This document shows positions 19,667 to 29,435 of a DNA stretch of 64,000 nt, in pieces. The DNA comes from Acidobacteriota bacterium (GTDB lineage Bacteria > Acidobacteriota > UBA6911 > RPQK01 > JAJDTT01): assembly GCA_965217775.1 (NCBI GenBank), contig CBDCJH010000002.1:4928001-4992000 (forward strand), given 5' to 3'. Every line of letters begins with the position of its first letter. The stretch's first letter is position 1. The notes under the pieces are model-generated. The model saw only the letters and a program-made list of their open reading frames with translations, was not told where the DNA came from and ran no database searches. A program made the translations under genes and the position numbers.

Positions 19667-19959
19667 TCGATGACCCTGGGCACTCGGAAGTACCCTTTTT
19701 GAGCCTTGGGCGCCCCCTCCAGGACCGCTTCCGGCGCCAGCGAGGGCCGGGTCCGATCCGGACGCACGGCGCCCGCTTCCGGAATTTCCGCCAAGCCATG
19801 ATAGGTCGGCGCCACCCCTTCCGTGTCCACCTGCCGGAGTTGTTCGAAATAGTCCAGAATCCGCTGGAACTGGGCGACGAACCGTTGCAGTTCATCGGGA
19901 GAGAACTCCAGATGGGCCAACTCGGCGATTCTTTGGACTTCTTTGGGAGTGATGCTCAT
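19663..19959 (-). CDS. gatC: Asp/Glu-tRNA amidotransferase subunit C
   Basis: V.RIAELAHL, ILDY.EQL..VDTEGV.PT, YFRVPRVIE; adjacent to gatA. Confidence 0.95.
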   Translation of the reverse strand: MSITPKEVQRIAELAHLEFSPDELQRFVAQFQRILDYFEQLRQVDTEGVAPTYHGLAEIPEAGAVRPDRTRPSLAPEAVLEGAPKAQKGYFRVPRVIE

Positions 19960-20912
19960 TGGGGCTTCTGCTCGAGGACCGAATCCGACTTCATTCCATA
20001 TTTGCGGGCCACGCGTACGTCACACCCGAGTTGCCGTTTCAAGGCTTCCAGGTTGCGGAATCGCTTCTCCGCACGCAGCCGGCACCAGAAATCGAGCGTC
20101 ATGAACTCTCCATACAGGTCGCAGTCCGCATCCAGAAAATAGGTCTCGACCACCGGTTTTTCCGCGGGTTCACCGAGCGTGGGCCGGTAGCCTACATTAG
20201 TGGCGCCGACAAAAACAGCGCCGTTGACCGTCGCTCGAGTGACGTACACCCCAGTTGCCGGTATGAGCTCGCTGGCCGGCTGAAGATTCGCCGTCGGGTA
20301 TCCCAGGTCCGCGCCTCTGCCCGATCCCCTCACCACCGTACCCAGGATCTGGTAGGGGCGTTTCAGAAGGCGCCGGCAGAGTGCCACCCTCCCTTGGGCC
20401 AACAGCTTGCGGACGACCGTGCTGCTGACACGTTGTCCCCGAAAGCGGACCGAATCGATGGAAAAGACCTCAAACCCGAACTTCCGGCCCAGCGACTCCA
20501 AGGTCTTGAAATCGCCTGTTCTCCCATAACCGAAGCGGAAGTTGCTGCCCACGTGAATCTCCCTCACGCCATGGGAGCCCAGCACGTCCCGGACGAAGCG
20601 TTCCGGACTGAATCGGGAGACCTGGCGGCTGAAGGGGTAACGTACCAGGATGTCCAGACCCATCTCGCTGAGGAGACGATGCTTCTGCGCCGGCAACTGC
20701 AACAAGGAGGGCGCGTCCGCCGGCGAAATGATTTTCTGAGGATGAGGGGTAAAGGTGAGGAGAATCCCGGTCCCATTCATTTCTCGCGCCCGCCGCACCA
20801 CCCCTTTGACGATCGCCTGATGGCCCAGATGCAGGCCGTCGAAGACTCCGATCGTTGCCACCGGATAGGGCAGTCCGGGAGGGAGATGCTTCAGGTCGTC
20901 AATGATCTGCAT
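19956..20912 (-). CDS. ribF: Bifunctional riboflavin kinase/FAD synthetase
   Basis: IGVFDGLHLGHQ, TF.PHP, G.NFRFG, SST.VR, GYPTAN, NVG.RPT. Confidence 0.96.
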   Translation of the reverse strand: MQIIDDLKHLPPGLPYPVATIGVFDGLHLGHQAIVKGVVRRAREMNGTGILLTFTPHPQKIISPADAPSLLQLPAQKHRLLSEMGLDILVRYPFSRQVSRFSPERFVRDVLGSHGVREIHVGSNFRFGYGRTGDFKTLESLGRKFGFEVFSIDSVRFRGQRVSSTVVRKLLAQGRVALCRRLLKRPYQILGTVVRGSGRGADLGYPTANLQPASELIPATGVYVTRATVNGAVFVGATNVGYRPTLGEPAEKPVVETYFLDADCDLYGEFMTLDFWCRLRAEKRFRNLEALKRQLGCDVRVARKYGMKSDSVLEQKPQ

Positions 20913-20951
20913 GTTCTTTCACGATGCGGGAGTTCGTAGCGGTGACTCGAG

Positions 20952-21707
20952 TCATACGTCCAGGACAAGACCGTCATGGGCCAGACTGACTGAATCCGGA
21001 AGGTAGGCATTCCCCTCGTCGTGGTCCACTTCGTGGCAGATGTGGACCAGATAGGTTCGCTCGGGCCCAATACGAGCCGCTGCCTCGACCGCTTCCGGCA
21101 GGCTGAAGTGCGTCGGATGACTCTGATAGCGCAGGCCGTCCAGCACCAGGCACTCCACCCCTCGGAGGCGCTCGAAGCTGACCTCCGGAATGTAGCTCAC
21201 ATCGGTCAGGTAGGCGAAGCGCCCGATCCGGAAACCCAGCACCGGCATCCGGCCATGCATTAGGTCGATGGGCTCGATCTCCAGGCCCCCCACTTGGAAC
21301 TTGCCGGCAACCGGAATCAGCTCGACGCTGGGAACGCCGGGATATCCCTTGCCGTCGAAGAGGTGCCGGAAGGTCACCGCGATCTCTTTGAGGGTGGCTT
21401 TACTCCCATAAGCGGGTACCGTCTGCTCCGACCACATGTTGAAGGGGTAGACGTCGTCGAGTCCGAGAATGTGGTCCACGTGAGAATGGGTATAGAGGAG
21501 GGCGTCGAGGTGACGAACCCCGTACCGCAGCATCTGAACACGGAAGTCGACGGAAGTATCGATGACGAACGTCACCTTGCCCTGGATCAGGAGCGAACTC
21601 CGCAGCCGCTGGTTTTTCGGATTGTCCGACCGGCAAACCTTGCAATCACATCCAATGACGGGAATCCCGCGGGAGGTCCCGGTTCCCAGAAAGGTCACCC
21701 GCATCAC
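20952..21707 (-). CDS. MBL-fold metallohydrolase (PhnP-like phosphodiesterase)
   Basis: LGTGTS.G.P.IGC.C..C, THSHVDHILG (HxHxDH), AYLTD, HPTH. Confidence 0.9.
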   Translation of the reverse strand: MMRVTFLGTGTSRGIPVIGCDCKVCRSDNPKNQRLRSSLLIQGKVTFVIDTSVDFRVQMLRYGVRHLDALLYTHSHVDHILGLDDVYPFNMWSEQTVPAYGSKATLKEIAVTFRHLFDGKGYPGVPSVELIPVAGKFQVGGLEIEPIDLMHGRMPVLGFRIGRFAYLTDVSYIPEVSFERLRGVECLVLDGLRYQSHPTHFSLPEAVEAAARIGPERTYLVHICHEVDHDEGNAYLPDSVSLAHDGLVLDV

Positions 21708-22135
21708 AGCTTGATCGAGTTGGACTGCCTCATCACACCCATCTGCATCTCGTAGATCAGACCGTCCAACAGCCTCGCCTCCTCCGCTGACAAATTCCCT
21801 CGAGTCTTGTCCCTCAGGACCGACAGGATTTCAATCATTTGCCGGACGCCCGGAAGGTTCTCCTGTTTCTTGCCGGTCACCGGGTCAGGAATGGCACCCA
21901 GATGAACCATGCCGGTGGTGGCCAGGGACAGGACGAAGCCGGAAAAATCGATCCCTGTTTCAGCGGACGCGTCGCCTGCCCCGGGAGGCAGCGTCTCCCT
22001 GGCGTCCGTCTCGATCGTGCTTTTCTCCACTGTCTTCGATGCCTTCTCCGGGTGGGCCGTTCGCAACTCTCCTTCCTCGGAGAAGATCCTTCGATCATGA
22101 ACCTTGAATCCTCCCTGGCCCGAATCTCCCGTCAT
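21704..22135 (-). CDS. DUF1844 domain protein
   Basis: FKVHDRR N-terminus; F..FVLSLAT..MVHLG..PDP, IEIL..L.DKT.GNL..EE. Confidence 0.85.
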   Translation of the reverse strand: MTGDSGQGGFKVHDRRIFSEEGELRTAHPEKASKTVEKSTIETDARETLPPGAGDASAETGIDFSGFVLSLATTGMVHLGAIPDPVTGKKQENLPGVRQMIEILSVLRDKTRGNLSAEEARLLDGLIYEMQMGVMRQSNSIKL

Positions 22136-22143
22136 GAATTCGC
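22063..22143. repeat. Direct repeat copy 1 (mazG-end/DUF1844-start junction)
   Basis: 74/81 nt identical to 23280-23360 by manual alignment. Confidence 0.9.
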
Positions 22144-22222
22144 CCCCTCTTCGTTCGTCAGTTCGGAATCGCCCATGTTTCCCGCACCGGGAACAGCGGT
22201 CAAGGTCGCATTTCTCACCGCA

Positions 22223-23257
22223 TCAAGGCTGGAGGATGACCTTTGTCAGTCCAGGCTCGCGCGCGTACAGCCTGTCGAACATTTCCTGCCCGCGTTCCAG
22301 CGGTACCGAGGCGCTCAGAACCGGTCGCACCCGGATGGCGCCGCGCCGCATCAAGTCCAGGCAGGCAGGGTAGTCGTTGGAAGACGCGCAGGAGCCGAGG
22401 ACGTCGATTTCCCGGGTCACGACGCTCTGCAGGCCGAAGCTGACGGTCGACGCGATATTACCGATCAGGACGACCCTCCCTCCCTTGCGCACGCTGTCGA
22501 GCGACATCGATACGGTGGCGTCGACCCCCACGGCCTCCATCACCAGATCCGCCCCCAGACCGCCGGTGAGCTCCCTCACGACTGCCGGCACCTCCGTACC
22601 GCCGCCGGACTGAACGGTCTCGTCCGCTCCAAGTTCCTGCGCCAGCCGCAGGCGGTCGGCCGCCAGGTCGACCACGAAGATCCGGCCGCAGCCCGCGCTG
22701 CGCAGCGCCTGGATCGTCAGCAGACCGATCATCCCTGCTCCCACAACCAGTGCCTTGTCCCCGAGCGACGGGTTGGCGCGCGCGACGGCATGCACGGCGA
22801 CCGAGACCGGTTCCACCATGGCCGCCTCGTCGAAGCTGACACCGTCAGGCACCCGGAACACGATGTGGTTCGGCACGGCCACGTATTCGGCAAATGCCCC
22901 GTGCCGCCGATAGTCAGCGCAGGAGACACCGAGCACGCGCCGGTCCTCGCAGAGGTTTGGCCGGCCTTCCCGGCAGAACAGGCAGTTCCGGCAGCAGATC
23001 ATCGAGTCAAAGGTGACCCGTTCGCCCGGGTCGAAGCCGCGTACTGCGCCTCCCACCTTTGCGACTACGCCCGAGGCCTCGTGGCCCATGATCACCGGCG
23101 GGATCCGGCGCCCGGAGTTTCCGTCGTAGCCGTGCACGTCGCTTCCGCAGATCCCGCACGAGCGCACCCGGACCAGCACCTCGTCGGGCGCGGCATCGGG
23201 GCTCGGGACCTCCATCAGGTCAAGCTTCTTGTATTCGTTCAGGACGAGCGCCTTCAT
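22223..23257 (-). CDS. Zn-dependent MDR alcohol/polyol dehydrogenase (galactitol-1-P/iditol dehydrogenase-like)
   Basis: CGICGSD, GHEASG, CRNCLFC..GRPNLC structural Zn site, GAGMIG. Confidence 0.92.
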   Translation of the reverse strand: MKALVLNEYKKLDLMEVPSPDAAPDEVLVRVRSCGICGSDVHGYDGNSGRRIPPVIMGHEASGVVAKVGGAVRGFDPGERVTFDSMICCRNCLFCREGRPNLCEDRRVLGVSCADYRRHGAFAEYVAVPNHIVFRVPDGVSFDEAAMVEPVSVAVHAVARANPSLGDKALVVGAGMIGLLTIQALRSAGCGRIFVVDLAADRLRLAQELGADETVQSGGGTEVPAVVRELTGGLGADLVMEAVGVDATVSMSLDSVRKGGRVVLIGNIASTVSFGLQSVVTREIDVLGSCASSNDYPACLDLMRRGAIRVRPVLSASVPLERGQEMFDRLYAREPGLTKVILQP

Positions 23258-23352
23258 TTTTTCCTGGGGCCGGCCGCCGGCAACTCTCCATCATGGGAGA
23301 AGATCCTTCGATCCTGAACCTTGAATCCTCCCTGGCCTGATGCTCCCGTCAT
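23254..23352 (-). pseudogene. 32-codon 5' remnant of the DUF1844 gene (MTGASGQGGFKVQDRRIFSHDGELPAAGPRKK)
   Basis: Paralogous to the DUF1844 N-terminus MTGDSGQGGFKVHDRRIFSEEGEL; ATGA overlap with the mazG stop and with the dehydrogenase start. Confidence 0.75.
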
Positions 23353-23360
23353 GAATTCGC
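23280..23360. repeat. Direct repeat copy 2
   Basis: 74/81 nt identical to 22063-22143. Confidence 0.9.
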
Positions 23361-24263
23361 TCTCTCCGCGCCTGACACTGAGCTCGAAGCCCTACCGTCA
23401 GATCCGAGCACCTGTTTCTGGCTCTGCCATTGCCGCTCCATTTCCTCCGGTTCAACCTCTGCCAGCGCCCTGCCCTGTCGAGAAAAGTGCTCTTCCATGG
23501 CTCGGTAGCGATGCGAAAATTTGCGGTTGGCCCGATTCAGTGAAGTCTCCGGGTCGACCTGGAGGAAACGAGCCACGTTGATGGCGGCAAAGAGAAAATC
23601 GCCGACTTCTTCCCGAATGTCCGCCTCGTTTCCCTTGCGCACGGCGTTCGCCAATTCCTGGAATTCCTCCATGACCTTGTCGCCCACAGCCTCCAGACTC
23701 GGCCAATCGAAGCCGACTCGAGCGGCTTTGGCCGACATCTGATAGGTAGCGTAAATGGCAGGCAATCGATCCGGCAAGGACTCCAACAGAGACTTCCGTT
23801 CCTCACACTGGCCACGATCCTTCTTCTCACCGGCCTTGATTCGTTCCCATTCCCTCAACAATTCCTCGCTCGACTCGAAACGAGCCTGCCCGAAGACGTG
23901 GGGATGCCGGCGGACCATCTTCTGGTGGATGGTCCTGCAGACGTCGTCGATATCGAACTCGTCTCTCTCTTTGGCGATCCGACTATGAAAGACGATTTGC
24001 AACAACAGGTCTCCCAACTCGTCACACAGCGCGGCCGGAGACGACCAATCCAGCGCCTCCAAGACTTCGTAGCTCTCTTCGATCAGCATCGCTTTGAGGG
24101 TTTCGGGCGTTTGCTCCCGATCCCATGGACAGCCGCCGGGACCCCTCAGCGTATCCATCAACTCCACGAGCTTCCGAAAATGGTGATGGCCGGCCGCATT
24201 TCCCGTGTCGTTGCCGTGCGACGGTTCTGAACCGAGCGCGTCTTCCGGATCGAACGCAGTCAA
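23349..24263 (-). CDS. mazG: Nucleoside triphosphate pyrophosphohydrolase
   Basis: LRGPGGCPWDREQT, EESYE, ELGDLLLQ, RRHPHVF, GFDW, EVGDFLF. Confidence 0.96.
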   Translation of the reverse strand: MTAFDPEDALGSEPSHGNDTGNAAGHHHFRKLVELMDTLRGPGGCPWDREQTPETLKAMLIEESYEVLEALDWSSPAALCDELGDLLLQIVFHSRIAKERDEFDIDDVCRTIHQKMVRRHPHVFGQARFESSEELLREWERIKAGEKKDRGQCEERKSLLESLPDRLPAIYATYQMSAKAARVGFDWPSLEAVGDKVMEEFQELANAVRKGNEADIREEVGDFLFAAINVARFLQVDPETSLNRANRKFSHRYRAMEEHFSRQGRALAEVEPEEMERQWQSQKQVLGSDGRASSSVSGAERANS

Positions 24264-26092
24264 TTCCCAATCACCTCGAACTTTTCGATCGGAAGCAGCG
24301 GGTCCGCCTTAACCCGAACTTTCTGCCCCGTCATCTTCTTGATCTCCTTGAGCACCGCGCTTTCCCGTCCCCGTAACGCCTTCCCGATCTCCGGATGGCA
24401 ACGAATGGTCATCGACCTGGCGTCCGGAGAGAGGGGAAGCAGCTTCTGCACCTGGTGATGAACGGAGTAGCAGACGGTGCGGACGGAACGGGTCAGGCCG
24501 GTGCCCTCACAGACCGTACATTTTTGCGAGAGCGTCCTCTCCAGGGACTGCTTGTCCCGTTTCCGGGTCAGCGCCACCAACCCGAACTCGTTGAAATCGA
24601 GAACCTTGAACGGAGCCTTGTCCTTGGACAACTCCCGGCGGAGCGCATCCAGAACCTGCCTCCGGTTCGCGCTGTCGGACATGTCAATGAAATCGATAAC
24701 GATGATTCCGCCGATGTTGCGAAGCCGGATCTGGCGCACCAGCTCCTTGACGACCTCCAGGTTGGTCCTGGTGATCGTGTCCTCCAGAGAATCGGTCTTA
24801 CCCACGTAGCGGCCGGTGTTGACGTCGATAGCGACCAGCGCCTCGGTCTGATTGATCACGATGTGACCGCCGCTCTTCAACCAGACCTTCGGGCGCAACG
24901 CCTTTTCGATCTCTACGCCGATCCCGTAGTCTTCCAGAATATCCGAGTCCTTGGGGTACAGCTTGATTCGCGAGACCAGTTCGGGACTCAGACGCCGAAC
25001 CATCTCCAACGTCCTTTCGTATTCCGCCTCATCGTCGATGTAGACATGGCGAAAGTCCGCGGAAAGATAGTCTCGCACCACCCTCTGCGACAGGCTCGAC
25101 TCGGAGTAGAGCAGCGCCGGCGCCGCCGCCCGTTGACCCTTCCTCTTGACCTGGTCCCAGAGCCGGGTGAGGTATTCCATATCACGCCTCAACTCCTCCT
25201 CCGAATGGTTCTCCGCCACCGTTCGTACGATGAAGCCACCTTTGGAGAAATCGCGCCGCAATTCACGGATCAGCCCCCTCAACCGTCGTCGTTCCTCATC
25301 GGACACGATTCGCCGTGACACGCCGACGTGGCTGACGGTCGGCATATAGACCAGGTACCGCCCAGGAAACGCCACATGGGAAGTAATGCGAGCCCCCTTC
25401 CTGCCGATCGGCTCCTTGGCGATTTGAACCAGAATCTCCTGATTTTCCTGAAGCACGCTCCCGATGGGCAGATGAGTCATAGATCCGCTGCCCCGCCGCT
25501 TGCGGCTCCGATTCCTCCGAGCCGAATTTCCGGCGCTGCCGTTGCCCCTGTCGCCGCCCGACCCGCCCGCGCCTCTTCCGCCCGGGCCTGGCGAAGAAGA
25601 ATCGAATCCACTCAACCGCTCGGGCAGGATCTGGGGAGACCAGCCTGCGGCGGCCGTCCCCATGGCAACGCTCTCCGGACCGATTCCGCGATCCGGAGCG
25701 ATTCGGAAGGGGAGAATAGAAGTTCGGATCGATCCCTCGGATGAGAGCTCGCTCCCGCCGGAGCGGACCGGCAGCGGTTCTGAGATGGCCCCTGGACTTT
25801 CGGTGACCGCCGCCCAATCGGCCTCAGCCTGCGCCCCCAAACCCTCGTCGCCGCCGGGCTGCTTCTCTTCCAGGAAGTCCGAGACAAAGAGAAACCCACT
25901 GCGGCCCAAGCCGACGTCCACAAAGGCCGCCTCCATCCCCGGCAGGATCTTGGTCACGCGGCCCTTGTAGATGTTGCCCAGTATGCCCCTGGTCTTTTCC
26001 CTCTCGATGAAGACTTCCGCAACCTTCCCGTCTTCCAGGAGTGCGATCGTCATCTCGAGTGGAGTCGAGCCGATGATGAGTTCCTTGATCAT
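24260..26092 (-). CDS. Ribonuclease E/G family (Rne/Rng) with low-complexity insert in S1 domain
   Basis: GNIYKGRV..ILPGMEAAFVD, KEPIG.KGARIT, IDVNTG, GGIIVIDFIDM, C..C.G.G Zn link. Confidence 0.95.
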   Translation of the reverse strand: MIKELIIGSTPLEMTIALLEDGKVAEVFIEREKTRGILGNIYKGRVTKILPGMEAAFVDVGLGRSGFLFVSDFLEEKQPGGDEGLGAQAEADWAAVTESPGAISEPLPVRSGGSELSSEGSIRTSILPFRIAPDRGIGPESVAMGTAAAGWSPQILPERLSGFDSSSPGPGGRGAGGSGGDRGNGSAGNSARRNRSRKRRGSGSMTHLPIGSVLQENQEILVQIAKEPIGRKGARITSHVAFPGRYLVYMPTVSHVGVSRRIVSDEERRRLRGLIRELRRDFSKGGFIVRTVAENHSEEELRRDMEYLTRLWDQVKRKGQRAAAPALLYSESSLSQRVVRDYLSADFRHVYIDDEAEYERTLEMVRRLSPELVSRIKLYPKDSDILEDYGIGVEIEKALRPKVWLKSGGHIVINQTEALVAIDVNTGRYVGKTDSLEDTITRTNLEVVKELVRQIRLRNIGGIIVIDFIDMSDSANRRQVLDALRRELSKDKAPFKVLDFNEFGLVALTRKRDKQSLERTLSQKCTVCEGTGLTRSVRTVCYSVHHQVQKLLPLSPDARSMTIRCHPEIGKALRGRESAVLKEIKKMTGQKVRVKADPLLPIEKFEVIGN

Positions 26093-26343
26093 TGCACCCT
26101 CGGGAAACGATCTTGCAGCGGGACCGGTGAAGAGAACGAAATCGTCTGGCGGCCGCCAGCTCAGGTCTGCCTCCGTCCGCGCCGACGCGTCGTATCCGCG
26201 CTCATTATACCCTCAACGCTCGCGCCACGGCTTCCATTCTCCCGTTGGAACACCGCAGCTCCGGGCGGCGACTCCGAGTATCGGAACCAGAGGAACGCGG
26301 GGAGAAGCGGCGTGGGTCGACCGGGCGGCCAACTACCGGCGGC

Positions 26344-27429
26344 TCAGTTGACGTGACTCTGAGACTGGGCGCTGAGTGCGACTCCCAGAGCCGAGAAGGT
26401 GACGATCGTGAAGGATCCCCCGTAGCTGAGAAAAGGAAGGGGGATGCCGATCGGCGGCAAGAGTCCAAGTGTCATTCCCACGTTCACCAGAACATGGGAA
26501 GAGATCATGCTGACCACGCCCGTGACCACCAGGATTACGGTCCTGTCGCGCGCCTCGACGGCGATGCGAATCAGCCTCATCAGGACCAGCAGATACAACA
26601 GCAAAATGGTTCCAGCGCCGATCAGGCCCGTCTCCTCGGCCAAAAGCGAGAAAATGAAGTCCGAGTGAATTTCCGGTACAAAACCGAAGTGACTCTGGCT
26701 GCCCTGACCGATTCCCCTCCCGAAAACGCCGCCTGACCCAATGGCGATCTGGGATTGCCGAGTTTGGTAACCGACGCCCTGGGGGTCCAACTCGGGATCG
26801 AGCGTGGTCAGGATTCGCTGCTTCTGATAGTCCTTCAGGTAGATCCAGACGGCGGGGGAGGCCCCCAAAACAGCAAGCAAGCACCAGACCAGGACCCGTT
26901 TCCGCAGGCCCGCCACCACGACAATGCCCAGCATAATGGGCAGGTACATGAGTGCCGTTCCCAAATCGCCTTGAAGAACGACGAGGACCATGGGAACCAA
27001 CGTCAGAAATCCCACCTTCAGGAGATGCCAAACCCCGGGATGCCGCCGGTTCAGGTTGGCCAGGGAATTCGCAAGCGTCAAGAGGACCGCCAGCTTGCCC
27101 AGCTCGGAAGGTTGAAAATGAACCGGACCCAGCACCAGCCAGCTTCGGCTGCCGTTGATTTCGGAACCATAGAGCAGGACCAGAACCAGGAGCACCAGAC
27201 CTCCGCAGTACCAGACCGGGGCATAGTCCGTGTACAGCCGGTAATCCAGGCTGACTATAACTGCACAGACACCGATACCCAGGGCAATCCAGATAAGTTG
27301 CCGGATAAAGAGCCCGCTGGAGCCGGGTTCCGCAGCGCTGTAGACACCCATGCCCCCCATGAGCGCGAGCGCCAATACCAGAATCAACAAAACGGGATCC
27401 AGCCTCGCGCGAAAACGCCGCCCTATCAT
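26344..27429 (-). CDS. rodA: Rod shape-determining protein RodA
   Basis: SRSW, FQPSE, DLGTA, Q..IAIGSGG..G.G, PE.HSDFIF..LAEE.G, GIPLPFLSYGGS. Confidence 0.96.
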   Translation of the reverse strand: MIGRRFRARLDPVLLILVLALALMGGMGVYSAAEPGSSGLFIRQLIWIALGIGVCAVIVSLDYRLYTDYAPVWYCGGLVLLVLVLLYGSEINGSRSWLVLGPVHFQPSELGKLAVLLTLANSLANLNRRHPGVWHLLKVGFLTLVPMVLVVLQGDLGTALMYLPIMLGIVVVAGLRKRVLVWCLLAVLGASPAVWIYLKDYQKQRILTTLDPELDPQGVGYQTRQSQIAIGSGGVFGRGIGQGSQSHFGFVPEIHSDFIFSLLAEETGLIGAGTILLLYLLVLMRLIRIAVEARDRTVILVVTGVVSMISSHVLVNVGMTLGLLPPIGIPLPFLSYGGSFTIVTFSALGVALSAQSQSHVN

Positions 27430-27435
27430 GGGCTG

Positions 27436-29253
27436 CTATTGCCTCGCCATTTCCAGAATCCGGTCGGGACCCCGTTTTTCGTGGAACACCTGCAGAATTG
27501 TTGCCGCAATCGGAGCTGCCACAGCTCCGCCCGAACCGCCGGCTTCCACCAGGACAACCACGGCGATCTCGGGAAACTTCTGGGGAGCAAAACCCACGAA
27601 CCAGGCATTGGCAGTGAACCGGGAGGCTTGCCCCGCGGCAAGCTTCGAGAGGCCCGCCCGGCCAATGGTCTGCGCCGTTCCCGTCTTTCCACACACGTCG
27701 AAGCCGTTGACCTGAGCGGCTCGGCCGGTGCCAAATCGATTCACCACCTCCCACATGGCTTCCCGCACCAAGTCGAGGTTGTCACTCGAGAGTTTGATGG
27801 CAGGCGTGTTTCTTGCCGGCCGCCCCCTGGGGAGCTGGTTCCGGGCCACATGCAGGGGAGCGGCCGATCCGGTGGCCAGGATGCCTACCATCCGAGCCAG
27901 TTGAAGTGGCGTCAGGTGGACCGGGCCTTGACCGATGGAGACAGAAACTGTTTCCCCGCGATACCACTTCTGCCGGTAGGTCCGCCGTTTCCATTCCTTG
28001 GACGGGACCAATCCGGCGACCTCCCCCACCAAGTCGATTCCCGTTGGCCGGTCGAGGCCGATGGCGTGTCCGAAACCGGAGATCAGATCGATGCCCAGGC
28101 TCTTTCCGAGTTGGTAAAAGTACACATTGCACGAGCTGCGGATCGCTTCCCGGAGCGACACGGATCCATGCCCACCCTGCTTCCAGCATCGGAAATGATG
28201 CCCGTACAGAGTTACGCCGCCGCCGCAAAAATAGGACCGATTCGGATCGATATCCCCCAATTCCAGACCGGCGAGCGCCACCACCAACTTGAAGACCGAC
28301 CCCGGGGCAAACGTACTCTGGAGCGCCCGATTCTGGAGTGGATGGTGTTCGTCTCCGACGAGACGTTTCCATTCCCGTCGGCTGATTCGGGCTGCAAACC
28401 GGTTCGGGTCGAAAGCCGGCTGACTCACCATGGCCAATATTTCGCCGTTTCGGGGATCGAAGGCAACCACCGCTCCCCGCCTGCCGCCGAGTTGCCCTTC
28501 AGCCGCGATCTGCAGGTCAAGATCAAGCGTGAGCTCCAGCGCGGACCCCTCCTCGGGAGGGACACGCGCCAACTCGTCGATGGTGCGTCCCAGGCTGTCG
28601 ACGAGTATTTTCCGGGATCCGTTCCGGCCCGCCAGATGATGATTGTAGACCCGCTCGACGGCGTACTTTCCCACGATGTCGCCGGCCCTGAAATCGGAAA
28701 ACTCCGCCGTCTCCAGTTGAACCCGGGAGGCCTCGCCCACGTAACCCAGGACATGCGCGGCCAATTCACCGTACGGGTACGACCGTCTCGGTTCGGCCAC
28801 AACATCCAGCTCCGGATGCTCGCCTTTCCGGGAGAGGAAATAGGCCACCTCCCCCATGGCCAGGCTCTTCTTGACCACCAGCGGCTGATACGGGGAATAG
28901 CCGTCGGTCACAGCGAGGCGCTGCTCCAGACTCTGTCTGTCAAGACCAAGTCCCTGGACCAGAAAGTCCACGGTGGCCTCCAAGTTTGACGCCTCGCTCC
29001 GATAACACACCAGGCTGAACGAGTTCACACTGCTCGCCAATACCCGCCCGTCGCGATCGTAGATCACTCCGCGGGGGGCCCTGATGGGGATCGTACGAGC
29101 GCGGTTGCGCTCTGCTGCCACGCTATGCTGCGTGAAATCGACGACGGTCAGATGCCAAAGCTTCAGGAACAGCCCCAGAAACAAGATGACGAGAAGGCGT
29201 CGGATCCATCTCAGACGAAGCCGGCAGAATGAATTGTCCTGATAGATGGGCAT
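27436..29253 (-). CDS. mrdA: Penicillin-binding protein 2
   Basis: APRG.IYDR.G, PGSVFK (SxxK), SCN (SxN), KTGTAQ. Start placed at ATG 29253; the ORF-track extension is MITE sequence. Confidence 0.95.
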   Translation of the reverse strand: MPIYQDNSFCRLRLRWIRRLLVILFLGLFLKLWHLTVVDFTQHSVAAERNRARTIPIRAPRGVIYDRDGRVLASSVNSFSLVCYRSEASNLEATVDFLVQGLGLDRQSLEQRLAVTDGYSPYQPLVVKKSLAMGEVAYFLSRKGEHPELDVVAEPRRSYPYGELAAHVLGYVGEASRVQLETAEFSDFRAGDIVGKYAVERVYNHHLAGRNGSRKILVDSLGRTIDELARVPPEEGSALELTLDLDLQIAAEGQLGGRRGAVVAFDPRNGEILAMVSQPAFDPNRFAARISRREWKRLVGDEHHPLQNRALQSTFAPGSVFKLVVALAGLELGDIDPNRSYFCGGGVTLYGHHFRCWKQGGHGSVSLREAIRSSCNVYFYQLGKSLGIDLISGFGHAIGLDRPTGIDLVGEVAGLVPSKEWKRRTYRQKWYRGETVSVSIGQGPVHLTPLQLARMVGILATGSAAPLHVARNQLPRGRPARNTPAIKLSSDNLDLVREAMWEVVNRFGTGRAAQVNGFDVCGKTGTAQTIGRAGLSKLAAGQASRFTANAWFVGFAPQKFPEIAVVVLVEAGGSGGAVAAPIAATILQVFHEKRGPDRILEMARQ

Positions 29254-29273
29254 GACTACCGATGGACCTTTAG

Positions 29274-29431
29274 CAGTCCGTGGTGAAAGTCTCGCGAGCA
29301 CCGAGACCGGCCCTGCGCCCGCCGGACCAGGCGCGATGAGGAAGCATGCCGGGAGTATGTGACCGAGTCGCAACGCAGTCCGCCGGGATGCAGGGACGGT
29401 CGAATGCCGTGACGACTTTTGCCACGGGCTG
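29274..29431. mobile_element. MITE-like element, family 1 (copy A, 158 bp)
   Basis: TIRs CAGTCCGTGGTGAAAGTC / GACTTTTGCCACGGGCTG; flanks TTAG / CTAA. Confidence 0.88.
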
Positions 29432-29435
29432 CTAA

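Noticed and set aside
26755-28989. Long antisense ORFs (e.g. 26755-28989, 54258-56342, 45795-47561, 39948-41549, 21839-23317)
   Set aside because: Shadow frames opposite well-supported genes in high-GC DNA, with no recognisable motifs.
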